A stretch of DNA of 20,000 nt from IMG/VR virus record IMGVR_UViG_3300025751_000002. One strand, given 5' to 3'. Shown one piece after another: positions 1-7,388 of this stretch (its first letter is position 1; every line of letters starts with the position of its first letter). The notes beneath the pieces were generated by a model. The model had not been told where the DNA came from, did no database searches, and saw only the letters and a program-made list of their open reading frames with translations. The position numbers and the translations under genes were made by a program. This stretch comes from an uncultured virus (IMG/VR IMGVR_UViG_3300025751_000002) (lineage: Duplodnaviria; Heunggongvirae; Uroviricota; Caudoviricetes).

Positions 1-422
1 CAGAAGTTTGCATCTTCTGTAACTGATTCAATGAATAAGTTTTGACTACTCACTGGATCAGTAAGTTGATCGGTACGAATAGAGCCAGCGAATCTCCAAA
101 TAGCCCACTGCATCCCAAGCTCTTTATTGCTTGTGGGATAACCAACGAAAGCGCCTGAGATTGTAGTCGCAGGGTTACCACTGGATATGGTGTTAGGTAT
201 TTCGTAACGAAAACGATATGTATAGTCGTTATTATAAAAAGTTGCCGTAGCAAGTTCATATCCTCTACGCCAGCGAGACCAGGCCGATTCTCTATTTACT
301 GCATAGAGTGAATCAGGTACTGATCCTCTAGAAAATTCTGTCGTAATAGGTTTAACCGGACGAGGATCGAATTTCTTCGCCCGGTCAAAATTACCAAAAG
401 AGCTTCCACTCTTCTTTGGCAT
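1..422 (-). CDS. Hypothetical (probably virion structural) protein, 5' part; runs off the window
   Basis: Not in the ORF track because it has no stop in the window. ATG at 422-420 overlaps the TGA of the upstream gene (TGATG). The frame is open to position 1: MPKKSGSSFGNFDRAKKFDPRPVKPITTEFSRGSVPDSLYAVNRESAWSRWRRGYELAT... Confidence 0.75.
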   Translation of the reverse strand, partial: MPKKSGSSFGNFDRAKKFDPRPVKPITTEFSRGSVPDSLYAVNRESAWSRWRRGYELATATFYNNDYTYRFRYEIPNTISSGNPATTISGAFVGYPTSNKELGMQWAIWRFAGSIRTDQLTDPVSSQNLFIESVTEDANF

Positions 423-1213
423 CAGAAGAATCCGCCTTGTGCGGTTACGTGAGCACCTGGCGTGTAACCAGAAATATTCAAGCCATCAGGGAACACACCA
501 ACGTAAATGCGATCACCACGCTCCAGGTAAATGCCTTTGTTGCGTAGAGGCGCAGTGGGACCAAGGCCATTTGTGTTACCTGCGCCAACAACAGGTGTTG
601 CAAGCTGAGGAAGGAGATCAGAGCAATCAACAGTACCGCTACCTGCTGGCACTGTTTTTGCAAAGAGTACACGGTAGTCACCCGATGCAGGGATAGGTGT
701 TGTCGTACCACGGGTGTGGTAGAAGACAAAGGTAACATTGGGTTGATCTCCCCAGGCTACACCGTTATAAAGGAAACCTGAAGAAGATCCGCCTGAGTAC
801 TCAAAAGATGTATTAATACCTGTCAGGGTAGTTGCACCTGTATAGGTGTAATAACCGTAGCCACTTGCAGGAGCTGGAGTAACAACACCTGTTTCAGCAA
901 CAAAAACAACTTGACCGCTAACAAGAGAAATTACACTGCCAGATGTGACTGTATTAACTGTGTAATCAGCAGGACGATAGAAGTCATTACGAGTAATGGT
1001 GATTGAATCAACGACGCCACCACTGTTGTTATCTTCTTGTAGTGCAGCATCCATATCCACGAGGATAGATGGTGCTTGTCCACCTTGCACGAAAAGTGTA
1101 TTGGCAGTAGAACTACCAACAGTTTGAGTGGTTACGCGAACCGAATCAAAAAGTGGCCTATCAACCAGGAGCGGTTGCTTGTTTGTGCTAGTACTGGATA
1201 TTTTACTAAACAC
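422..1213 (-). CDS. Hypothetical virion structural protein (Ser/Thr/Gly/Val-rich, probably beta-rich); exact start uncertain
   Basis: 263-aa ORF in the structural module, coupled to the next gene. Composition is typical of tail or other structural proteins. Confidence 0.65.
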   Translation of the reverse strand: MFSKISSTSTNKQPLLVDRPLFDSVRVTTQTVGSSTANTLFVQGGQAPSILVDMDAALQEDNNSGGVVDSITITRNDFYRPADYTVNTVTSGSVISLVSGQVVFVAETGVVTPAPASGYGYYTYTGATTLTGINTSFEYSGGSSSGFLYNGVAWGDQPNVTFVFYHTRGTTTPIPASGDYRVLFAKTVPAGSGTVDCSDLLPQLATPVVGAGNTNGLGPTAPLRNKGIYLERGDRIYVGVFPDGLNISGYTPGAHVTAQGGFF

Positions 1214-1291
1214 CCTGTCTATGCTAGTTTGACAGGGGCCTCCAAAAACTTCTCTTATTCTAATGGCACAAACAACTTTTCAATATAAACC

Positions 1292-2020
1292 TTATTGACC
1301 AAGCAAGCCTAATACTTCTTGTAGGCCAAACTGTGGACGTTGCTGGAATAGTGATTGCATCACTTGTCCTTTCATTGTATCAAGAAAAGAACGAGCTTCA
1401 GGTTTTGCCTCTTCTTCACCAGATAAATTAATGTTGATACTAACAGGTAAACCCAGGGGATTTTGAAGCTGTTTTTTTAATTTCCTTTCTTGTTTTTTTG
1501 TAAGTTGAGTTGTGGCCCCAAACGTTTGTGTTTCTTGTGGCTGACCAAAAACTTTCTGGAGATCAGCAAGTTTTTTAACAGGTTGGCCATAGTAACTCTC
1601 GCCACTTTCGGTGGGAAGAGAAGCCCATTCTGGTGCTAGTGCAGAGGATACACGCTGGCTAAAACCTTCTTTTTCAAGGGTTGATAAACCACCGATAGGC
1701 ATCAAGCGATTACGCAACAAACGTGTAGCAGCAAGATCTTGATTCTGTGGACCAAAATCAGATAAGCCTAGTGCTTTTGCTTGTCGCTCCCAGGTAAAGG
1801 GCATGAATTGGTATGCACCAGCAGCTGCACTTTTATAGCGTCCTCCATCAATAACTTTGTCTGGATGCCGCTTTAGATCAGGTGCCAAGCCACCGCCAAA
1901 CATGACGCGATAGGAATCGGGTCCGCCACGTTCAGTACCTTCCGCAAAACGAATAACTCGCAATGCGTTCTGGATGGCAGGTCTTGAAACGTAGCTTTGT
2001 AGTAATTCGCGTTCTGTCAT
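1292..2020 (-). CDS. Lambda R-like lysozyme / lytic transglycosylase with C-terminal extension
   Basis: Motifs ALRVIRFAEGT (catalytic Glu), YRVMFGG, SAAAGAYQF..TW, DFGPQNQD, EWASLP and YYGQP match lambda-type lysozymes. GAGG SD lies 8 nt upstream. Confidence 0.9.
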   Translation of the reverse strand: MTERELLQSYVSRPAIQNALRVIRFAEGTERGGPDSYRVMFGGGLAPDLKRHPDKVIDGGRYKSAAAGAYQFMPFTWERQAKALGLSDFGPQNQDLAATRLLRNRLMPIGGLSTLEKEGFSQRVSSALAPEWASLPTESGESYYGQPVKKLADLQKVFGQPQETQTFGATTQLTKKQERKLKKQLQNPLGLPVSININLSGEEEAKPEARSFLDTMKGQVMQSLFQQRPQFGLQEVLGLLGQ

Positions 2021-2030
2021 TTTTATTGCC

Positions 2031-2147
2031 TCATTCAGCTACCCAATTTGACTGTGCTTTGAGACCAGGTGTAAATACTGTTTGCGTAATTGCAACCAGG
2101 GATACAGTGGCTGCTAAGCGTTTAACAAAATTAGGGCAGAGAATCAT
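2031..2147 (-). CDS. Small 38-aa ORF with signal-peptide-like sequence
   Basis: Manual translation gives MILCPNFVKRLAATVSLVAITQTVFTPGLKAQSNWVAE*. It fills the gap upstream of the lysozyme and is below the ORF-track cutoff. Confidence 0.5.
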   Translation of the reverse strand: MILCPNFVKRLAATVSLVAITQTVFTPGLKAQSNWVAE

Positions 2148-2232
2148 CGTGATAAAGCAACAACACTGGCTCCCGTGAATCAAAGATTCTTGTCCAGCAG
2201 GCTGGTCTTACATGCTACGCAATGCCAAGATA

Positions 2233-3543
2233 TTATTCTTTTGCTTGATTAAGTAATGCCTGGAATTTTTTCCGCATTTCTGCATCAACTTCTAGCCCGC
2301 CTGCACCGTAAGTAGGTTGCATGTTGACAGTAGAAGGAAGGCCTTGCGGTGCACCTAAACCAGGAGGTGGGGTTGGAATCATTTGTGATTGCATTTGATA
2401 ACCCATTCCTTGACGTGCTGCATTACCTGCATCTTGGCCAATCAAGGTTTGTTGAATGACATCGTATCCTGCCTGACCAGGTTTTACAGCACGTGCAAGT
2501 GTTGGATTAGCTTTTGCCCACATCTGCATACCGATATCTTCTGCCGATTGAACTTGTGCAGGTGTTGCGCCAGGTGCAACAGCAAGTTCACGTGCATCAG
2601 CGTAACGTTTTAGTTCAGGATCCTGTGCGGTCAACTGAGCAACACGTGATGCTTCTTGCATGTAAGCACGATCTTGTGCACTACCTGGGATGTAACGACC
2701 ATACATGCCGGTTTCTTGTGCACTACCTGGTGCTGCTACATCAGGTGATGCCTGGCCTCTATTGAAACGCAAACCTCGGCCTTGTCCCCCTCTTGCTCCA
2801 CGGGGAGAAGCTTGTTCAGCAGCAGTTTTTTTACCTGGCGTTGAATCGAGATAATCACGACCTTGCAAAAGATTGCCTATGCCAGTACTTAACCTTTGGA
2901 CACTTGTAATGATATTATCCTGAGGATTTAATACTTTTTTTGAAGTTTCATAAATTCCGTATCCAGTTCCAAGGGGACCAAGGACTTTTGCTGCTGGTCC
3001 TGCAAAACGACTTAATGAACCAACGGCATTAATTGCATCATCTGCAAGATTTACGGCAGCTCGTCCTAAATTAGCTCCGGTTGCAGAAACCTTAGGAGTA
3101 AGTTTATTGGCAACTTGTTGAGCGCCGCCTGTCCATCCAAATTGTCTGCGTAGTGCAGGATCAAACTGAAGGGGGCTACCAGGGATTTGAGTAGCTGGTC
3201 CTTGCGACAAAACTGTGCTGGCTGCAGAAGGAGTTCCAATTCCAGGGGCACGTAACATGCCGCCGGGTCCTGCAGAGCTAATAGGAGGTTGGTTAGGAGG
3301 TTGTATAGAAGCGCGTGTGAGTGTATTTTTGGCAGCAGTCCTAGCGGCTTCTTTTGCAGCGCCTGGGGGCATTTGGTTAATCTGATCTAGTGTATTTAGA
3401 TAACTAGTAGGTAAACCACCCCAATTAACATTACCTGGCACTGCACGTGAAAGCACATTGCCTGCAGCTTCTTGAAGAAAACGGTAATTACGAGGATCGG
3501 CGACACCTGATTGCCGAACAAAATTAGCTAAAAAGTTTTCCAT
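2233..3543 (-). CDS. Gly/Ala/Pro/Gln-rich hypothetical protein, possible internal virion/ejection protein
   Basis: Long ORF. ATG at 3543 overlaps the TAA of the previous gene (TAATG) and is preferred to the TTG at 3552. Function inferred from composition and position only. Confidence 0.65.
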   Translation of the reverse strand: MENFLANFVRQSGVADPRNYRFLQEAAGNVLSRAVPGNVNWGGLPTSYLNTLDQINQMPPGAAKEAARTAAKNTLTRASIQPPNQPPISSAGPGGMLRAPGIGTPSAASTVLSQGPATQIPGSPLQFDPALRRQFGWTGGAQQVANKLTPKVSATGANLGRAAVNLADDAINAVGSLSRFAGPAAKVLGPLGTGYGIYETSKKVLNPQDNIITSVQRLSTGIGNLLQGRDYLDSTPGKKTAAEQASPRGARGGQGRGLRFNRGQASPDVAAPGSAQETGMYGRYIPGSAQDRAYMQEASRVAQLTAQDPELKRYADARELAVAPGATPAQVQSAEDIGMQMWAKANPTLARAVKPGQAGYDVIQQTLIGQDAGNAARQGMGYQMQSQMIPTPPPGLGAPQGLPSTVNMQPTYGAGGLEVDAEMRKKFQALLNQAKE

Positions 3544-4004
3544 TACCTCCAATTCTCCATTAAATACATGCGGGAGCCAACGGCGGTGTCGGCAGGACCA
3601 GGTAATGCCTGGATAAATTCAGCACCAGATCTTTCATAACGATATCTGGCTTGGAACGGATCTTTGTAGTTTGGTACGTAAAGAATTTGTGCCAAACGAT
3701 TGGTTTCGTAGAGATAAATCTCGTCCCAAACCTTTAAAGCTTCCTTTGCATTGCTAGATCTAATCGTACGATCAACGTCACCAGCAATACTTTCCAAACG
3801 GGTGGAAGGTGAGGTTGCAACTTCTGTTTTCTTTTCAGCCGTATCACAACGACCAATTTGAATAGCTACCTTATCGTAAAAATACGAATCAGGAATTGTA
3901 TTCATTGCTTCTTCCAGCCTGGCATAATCACCCGCTGGAACAGAAACCGTGAAGTAGCCCAGGTGATACCGGACTCTACTCTTATCAAAATCAGATAGCT
4001 GCAC
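3543..4004 (-). CDS. Putative head completion / head-tail adaptor protein
   Basis: 153 aa, GTG start, helical-looking sequence (LSDFDKSRVRYHLGY), downstream of the capsid genes. The function is a positional inference. Confidence 0.5.
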   Translation of the reverse strand: MQLSDFDKSRVRYHLGYFTVSVPAGDYARLEEAMNTIPDSYFYDKVAIQIGRCDTAEKKTEVATSPSTRLESIAGDVDRTIRSSNAKEALKVWDEIYLYETNRLAQILYVPNYKDPFQARYRYERSGAEFIQALPGPADTAVGSRMYLMENWR

Positions 4005-4060
4005 CGTTTATTTCCGTTTGTTTTTTATTATAAATGCACTGAATTAAAAGAATTTGCAAG

Positions 4061-4089
4061 ATAAAACCCCTGGTCGCCCAGGGGGTTAA
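4061..4089 (-). terminator. Rho-independent terminator
   Basis: Minus strand reads AACCCCCTGG-GCGA-CCAGGGGTTTTAT: a GC stem, GNRA loop and U-tract just after the stop of 4095..4523. Confidence 0.8.
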
Positions 4090-4094
4090 TATCC

Positions 4095-4523
4095 TCAAAC
4101 TCTGATTAAATCAGCTGCAAGAACTGCGTCCCAATCAACCCTTTTAATCTGTTTTAACTGTTCGAGATTATTAAACCTTTCACCCGATAAGGACATCTGA
4201 AGATCTTTAATCTCTCTAGCTGTTTTAAGTCCAATACCTTTAATATGATCAGCGATCATTTGAGGTGTTGCACCATTAATATTTAACCGATTATCAGGGG
4301 GAAAAGTGCGAGGTTCTTCTTTTGCTGCTTTATCTTTTACCTGAAGAGTTTTAACAGTTTTTGTTGCAGCCTCATCAGGTGTAATTTCAGTTTTATAAGC
4401 AGTGAAAAGGCGACCATCCTGATCTTCGACCATGAACCAATCGCCATTATCCCATTCGCTTACAACCTTGACACGTGCACCTGTTTTTTTGTGCTGATAA
4501 AGCATCGAAGGAGTAGTTGTCAT
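4095..4523 (-). CDS. Helix-hairpin-helix (ComEA/HHH_3-like) nucleic-acid-binding protein with small N-terminal beta domain
   Basis: LNINGATPQMIADHIKGIGLKTAREI...ERFNNLEQLKQIKRV matches the ComEA-type pattern (ININ.A...L..l.GIG...A..I....F....L..v.g). Confidence 0.8.
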   Translation of the reverse strand: MTTTPSMLYQHKKTGARVKVVSEWDNGDWFMVEDQDGRLFTAYKTEITPDEAATKTVKTLQVKDKAAKEEPRTFPPDNRLNINGATPQMIADHIKGIGLKTAREIKDLQMSLSGERFNNLEQLKQIKRVDWDAVLAADLIRV

Positions 4524-4566
4524 AAGACCAGTAATTTACTGGTCTTAGTTTAACTTATCTCTTTAA

Positions 4567-5361
4567 TTACGGGGAGACAACACGGCCAAGCAGGTAGCCG
4601 TCGATGTCTTCGTAACCAGGAGCAACATCAGGTTGGATGTAGCACACTTCAACGATCAGATAACCAGTGCGGCCAGCAGTGGAATCAGCGCTGGAGATGT
4701 ACCAACCGCCGCCTGCAGTGGTGCCGGTCAGGGTAGTACGGGACTGAACGTTGTAAGTAGTAGCGGCAGTCACTTCGCGGTAAACCTTACCTGCGCTATT
4801 ACCAGCAGCACCGGTAGCAGTCAGGAGAGGAACAGCGCTGTAAGCAGCGGAACCACCAGCGAAATAAATCTCACCGGGCTGGCTGCCAGAGGTGGTGGAC
4901 TGCAGGTTTGCTTGGGAAACAGCTGCGCCAACACCTGCGTTGGATTCCAGGCCAGGACCGAAGGTAATGATGTTACCGGTTGCGGCATACACACCAGAAG
5001 CAACACGGCCATCACCCCAGCCAGAAGCAACGGAAACAGTTGCGCGATACACATAGGCAGGAAGGGTGCTGCTGCCGGAGATCACCATACCGGTGATGTC
5101 AGTGCGGGTATCGTCATTCCGATAAGGGGAAGGAACGATGACACTGCCGGAGGAAACAGCACCGCCACCAGAAGTGTTGGTGACAGGAACGTAACCACGC
5201 TGCTGGAAGTAACGGTAGCCAGGAGTTGCCAGCACGCAAGTGGGGCCACCCTTGGAGTTATTGTTGCTGCCGTCATCGTTGGTATCAATGTTCTTGTACC
5301 AACCGTTGAGGGGCTCTGCCCAGTTACCTGGGTAGATTTTCTTAGCGGACAAATAGGTCAT
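4567..5361 (-). CDS. Putative capsid decoration / second major virion protein
   Basis: 264 aa, Gly/Ser/Thr/Ala-rich, directly after the MCP. It shares the MCP's C-ending codon bias, which suggests high expression. Confidence 0.55.
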   Translation of the reverse strand: MTYLSAKKIYPGNWAEPLNGWYKNIDTNDDGSNNNSKGGPTCVLATPGYRYFQQRGYVPVTNTSGGGAVSSGSVIVPSPYRNDDTRTDITGMVISGSSTLPAYVYRATVSVASGWGDGRVASGVYAATGNIITFGPGLESNAGVGAAVSQANLQSTTSGSQPGEIYFAGGSAAYSAVPLLTATGAAGNSAGKVYREVTAATTYNVQSRTTLTGTTAGGGWYISSADSTAGRTGYLIVEVCYIQPDVAPGYEDIDGYLLGRVVSP

Positions 5362-5398
5362 TTATCTTTTCCAGTAATTTAAATGTATGGATTAATTA

Positions 5399-6550
5399 TC
5401 AGACGGTACCATCGTCTTGGATGAAGCTGAATGCGGTGGTAACGAAGTCCTTGTTCAGGATTTCAAAACCAGCATACAGTTGCCAGATCAGGATGATGAA
5501 GCGGCTGAAGTCGTCGTTGTTGTTGATGAGCACCTGAGCGTTCGGGCCGCCGATACCAACACCAATCGACTGAGGACCAAAGAAGTAACCTTGGGCAACT
5601 TCCTGGGAAGTGTAGGTGGAACCAGCATCGAACGAAGCGTTGACGTTCTTGATGGGGAAGTTGGTCGATTCGAAGAACTTCACACCTTCAAACTGAACAC
5701 CAGTAGGCATCACCGGCTCACCGGCAAGGAAGTAACCTTGACCAGCCTGGGGACCCATGTAGAAGCTGGCGTTGTTAGGCATCATGGGATTACCCATGTA
5801 CATGCCTTGGCCAGGGGTACCAGCGTAACGAGCGATCTCACGGAAGTCAGGATCACGACGCAGATGCATCATGAAGACGGGATCGCAAATGCAACGATAC
5901 AGACCATCAGCGAAGGTAGGAACGTTACGCTTACGCAGATCCTTAACAACGGTCAGAAGGTCAGTACGCACCTGGAACTGCTGAGTTTGGCTTTGGTACT
6001 CAGCAAGGCTATAGGTGATTTGACCGGAAGCATTCTTTTCCTTAGCACCAGCGAAGTAGTAACCGCCTTGTGTGGTGGAGGCAGCACCGTTTGCTTCTGC
6101 TTTGGCAAGTTCATCAATGAACACACGATCACGCCACCGGCGATAATCATCGAGCAGAGTCAGCGAACCAATGCTCTGGTGGAACATGTTCAGGTTACCG
6201 GTATCCAGCAGCAGACGCTGGGCGGTAATCAGGGTTTCACGAGCAATTTTGAAGGTGCTGGGCTGAGTGGGATCACCCGGATCAGCAGGGCCAGTGTATT
6301 CTTTCAGAACAACAAGCACCTTTTCCTTGGTGATGTTGCGGCTATTGGCAGTACCAATGGTCTGATCAGAGATACGCTCGCGGCTATCCTTCGTACCAGG
6401 GGTACCCCAGAACTTATAGCGATCTAACTGAACGGTTTGACCGGGCTGACGAGTGAAGTCGTGGACAACCACGGGCTCCACAGCCATCTCGGTAACATAA
6501 GCAGGGTGAGGACGATAAAGTTCCGCACCTAAAATCTTTGGAAAATCGTT
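5399..6550 (-). CDS. Major capsid protein, exon 2 (spliced gene = complement(join(5399..6550,7377..7388)), 387 aa)
   Basis: The frame is open 21 codons upstream of the listed ATG 6487 (NDFPKILGAELYRPHPAYVTE) with no in-frame start before a TAA in the intron. It has HK97-fold-like features (DFTRQPGQTVQLDRY, DLRKRNVP, GVQFEGVKFFES, DDFSRFIILIWQLYAGFEIL), strong codon bias, and sits after portal/scaffold. Confidence 0.85.
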   Translation of the reverse strand, partial: NDFPKILGAELYRPHPAYVTEMAVEPVVVHDFTRQPGQTVQLDRYKFWGTPGTKDSRERISDQTIGTANSRNITKEKVLVVLKEYTGPADPGDPTQPSTFKIARETLITAQRLLLDTGNLNMFHQSIGSLTLLDDYRRWRDRVFIDELAKAEANGAASTTQGGYYFAGAKEKNASGQITYSLAEYQSQTQQFQVRTDLLTVVKDLRKRNVPTFADGLYRCICDPVFMMHLRRDPDFREIARYAGTPGQGMYMGNPMMPNNASFYMGPQAGQGYFLAGEPVMPTGVQFEGVKFFESTNFPIKNVNASFDAGSTYTSQEVAQGYFFGPQSIGVGIGGPNAQVLINNNDDFSRFIILIWQLYAGFEILNKDFVTTAFSFIQDDGTV

Positions 6551-6788
6551 CTCCTGGTCTCTAGTTTCTTAGAGGGGTGGACTATCTCTTCATCCCTGTG
6601 GGATGCCGGACGCTGAATCTGGTATTACGTAACAAGATCGTGTTACCCCCAGTAGTCTCTGCACCTTCCAATCACGTTCTTGATTGGCTTGGCTCAGGAT
6701 TACCCTCGTCTTTACGTTAGGGCTTCCCTGAATTCATCCGGTTTGCACTCATCAATTGCTTGGTGAGGTGACAACGTTGAGCGTTCAG
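6551..6788 (-). ncRNA. Group I ribozyme core (P1 3' strand/IGS, P2-P9)
   Basis: P AAUUCAGGGAAG (6734-6723), Q AAUCCUGAGC (6701-6692), R GUGCAGAGACUA (6664-6653), S AAGAGAUAGUCC (6590-6579). P3 CCGGAUG/CGUCCGG; P7 GACUA/UAGUC; P8 CAUCCC-ACA-GGGAUG; P6 extension CCAAUCA/UGAUUGG; P9 CUCUA/UAGAG; IGS CGUUGUCA (6776-6769). Confidence 0.92.
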
Positions 6789-6805
6789 TTGAGGCGTGCT
6801 ACAGT
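6777..6805 (+). promoter_or_regulatory. Predicted sigma70-type promoter of the HNH gene
   Basis: TTGAGC (6777-6782), 17-nt spacer, TACAGT (6800-6805) with an extended TGn. It ends 23 nt before ATG 6829. Confidence 0.55.
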
Positions 6806-6828
6806 CTGGAAACCTGTTTATAAACAAC

Positions 6829-7374
6829 ATGAATCCAAAACTTGTTCCAGGATTTGGTAATCTTTACTTAACGGAAGAAGGGAAAGCTTTTGAAAAACAA
6901 CTTGATCCCGATAATCAAGAATATTTTCTAGAGATTCCTATTAGTTCCACCAGTGTTTACGACCGTATTTCAGTTCTTGTAGATGGAAAGAGAAAAAGAT
7001 TTCATCTTCACGTCTTGATGGCAATTGCTTTTTTAGGATTAGATCTGCGTTCTCATGGAACCAGTAACTTTTCCCTACAGATTGATCACAAAGATAACAA
7101 CAAGAGAAATAATCAACTTGCTAATCTTGAGATCGTTACCAAACAAGAAAATTTAACAAGAGCCTGGGAAAACGGTTGTTACAAAAACAATGGTTTTGCC
7201 AGTAAAGGAAAGCCGAAGAAATCTTTGAGAAAATTTTCTTCGGATGACGTGAAACAAATTAAATCTTTAAAAGAAGCAGGTCTTTCTTATAGAAAAATTG
7301 CTGAAAAATTTAACTGTAATCACGGAGCTATTTACCAAATCTTGAAGGGACATACCTACCAGGATCTGAACTAG
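6829..7374 (+). CDS. HNH homing endonuclease (HNH_3 / I-HmuI-like) with C-terminal HTH
   Basis: NUMOD4-like N-terminus (KLVPGFGNLYLTEEG), HLHVLMAIAFLG, IDHKDNNKRNNQLANLEIVTKQEN, and HTH LSYRKIAEKFNCNHGAIYQIL. AT-rich relative to the MCP. ATG 6829 is preferred to GTG 6796, which lies inside the predicted promoter. Confidence 0.92.
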   Translation: MNPKLVPGFGNLYLTEEGKAFEKQLDPDNQEYFLEIPISSTSVYDRISVLVDGKRKRFHLHVLMAIAFLGLDLRSHGTSNFSLQIDHKDNNKRNNQLANLEIVTKQENLTRAWENGCYKNNGFASKGKPKKSLRKFSSDDVKQIKSLKEAGLSYRKIAEKFNCNHGAIYQILKGHTYQDLN

Positions 7375-7376
7375 CT

Positions 7377-7388
7377 ATCAATGAACAC
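7377..7388 (-). CDS. Major capsid protein, exon 1 (GTG TTC ATT GAT = MFID)
   Basis: GGAGG SD at 7403-7399, 10 nt before the GTG. Unspliced, the frame stops after MFIDS. The exon pairs with the IGS through a U-G wobble at the splice site. Confidence 0.85.

Larger units (their letters stand above)
6551..7376 (-). mobile_element. Group I intron (826 nt) in the MCP gene, carrying an antisense HNH endonuclease gene in loop L1
   Basis: The 5' exon ends in U (GAU) and the intron ends in G (...CCAGGAG). Removal restores MFID|NDFPKILGAEL in frame. Conserved core elements are present. Confidence 0.92.

Noticed and set aside
4095..4523. PsbU-like auxiliary photosynthesis gene
   Set aside because: It shares only the generic HhH fold. 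The GIG motif and lack of a signal peptide fit ComEA-type HhH proteins.
4633..5382. 249-aa plus-strand ORF
   Set aside because: It is an antisense shadow of 4567..5361 caused by codon bias.
5417..6427. 336-aa plus-strand ORF
   Set aside because: It is a codon-aligned antisense shadow of the strongly biased MCP gene and has no recognisable motifs.
5399..6487. MCP starting at ATG 6487 as in the ORF track
   Set aside because: There is no good SD, the frame continues 21 codons upstream to the intron's terminal G, and the spliced model explains it better.
6488..6550. T-ending codons at the start of MCP exon 2 as a homing co-conversion tract
   Set aside because: The stretch is too short, and AT-rich codons near gene starts are ordinary.
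6796..6828. HNH start at GTG 6796
   Set aside because: It falls within the predicted -10 region. ATG 6829 fits both the domain start and the 20-26 nt spacing.
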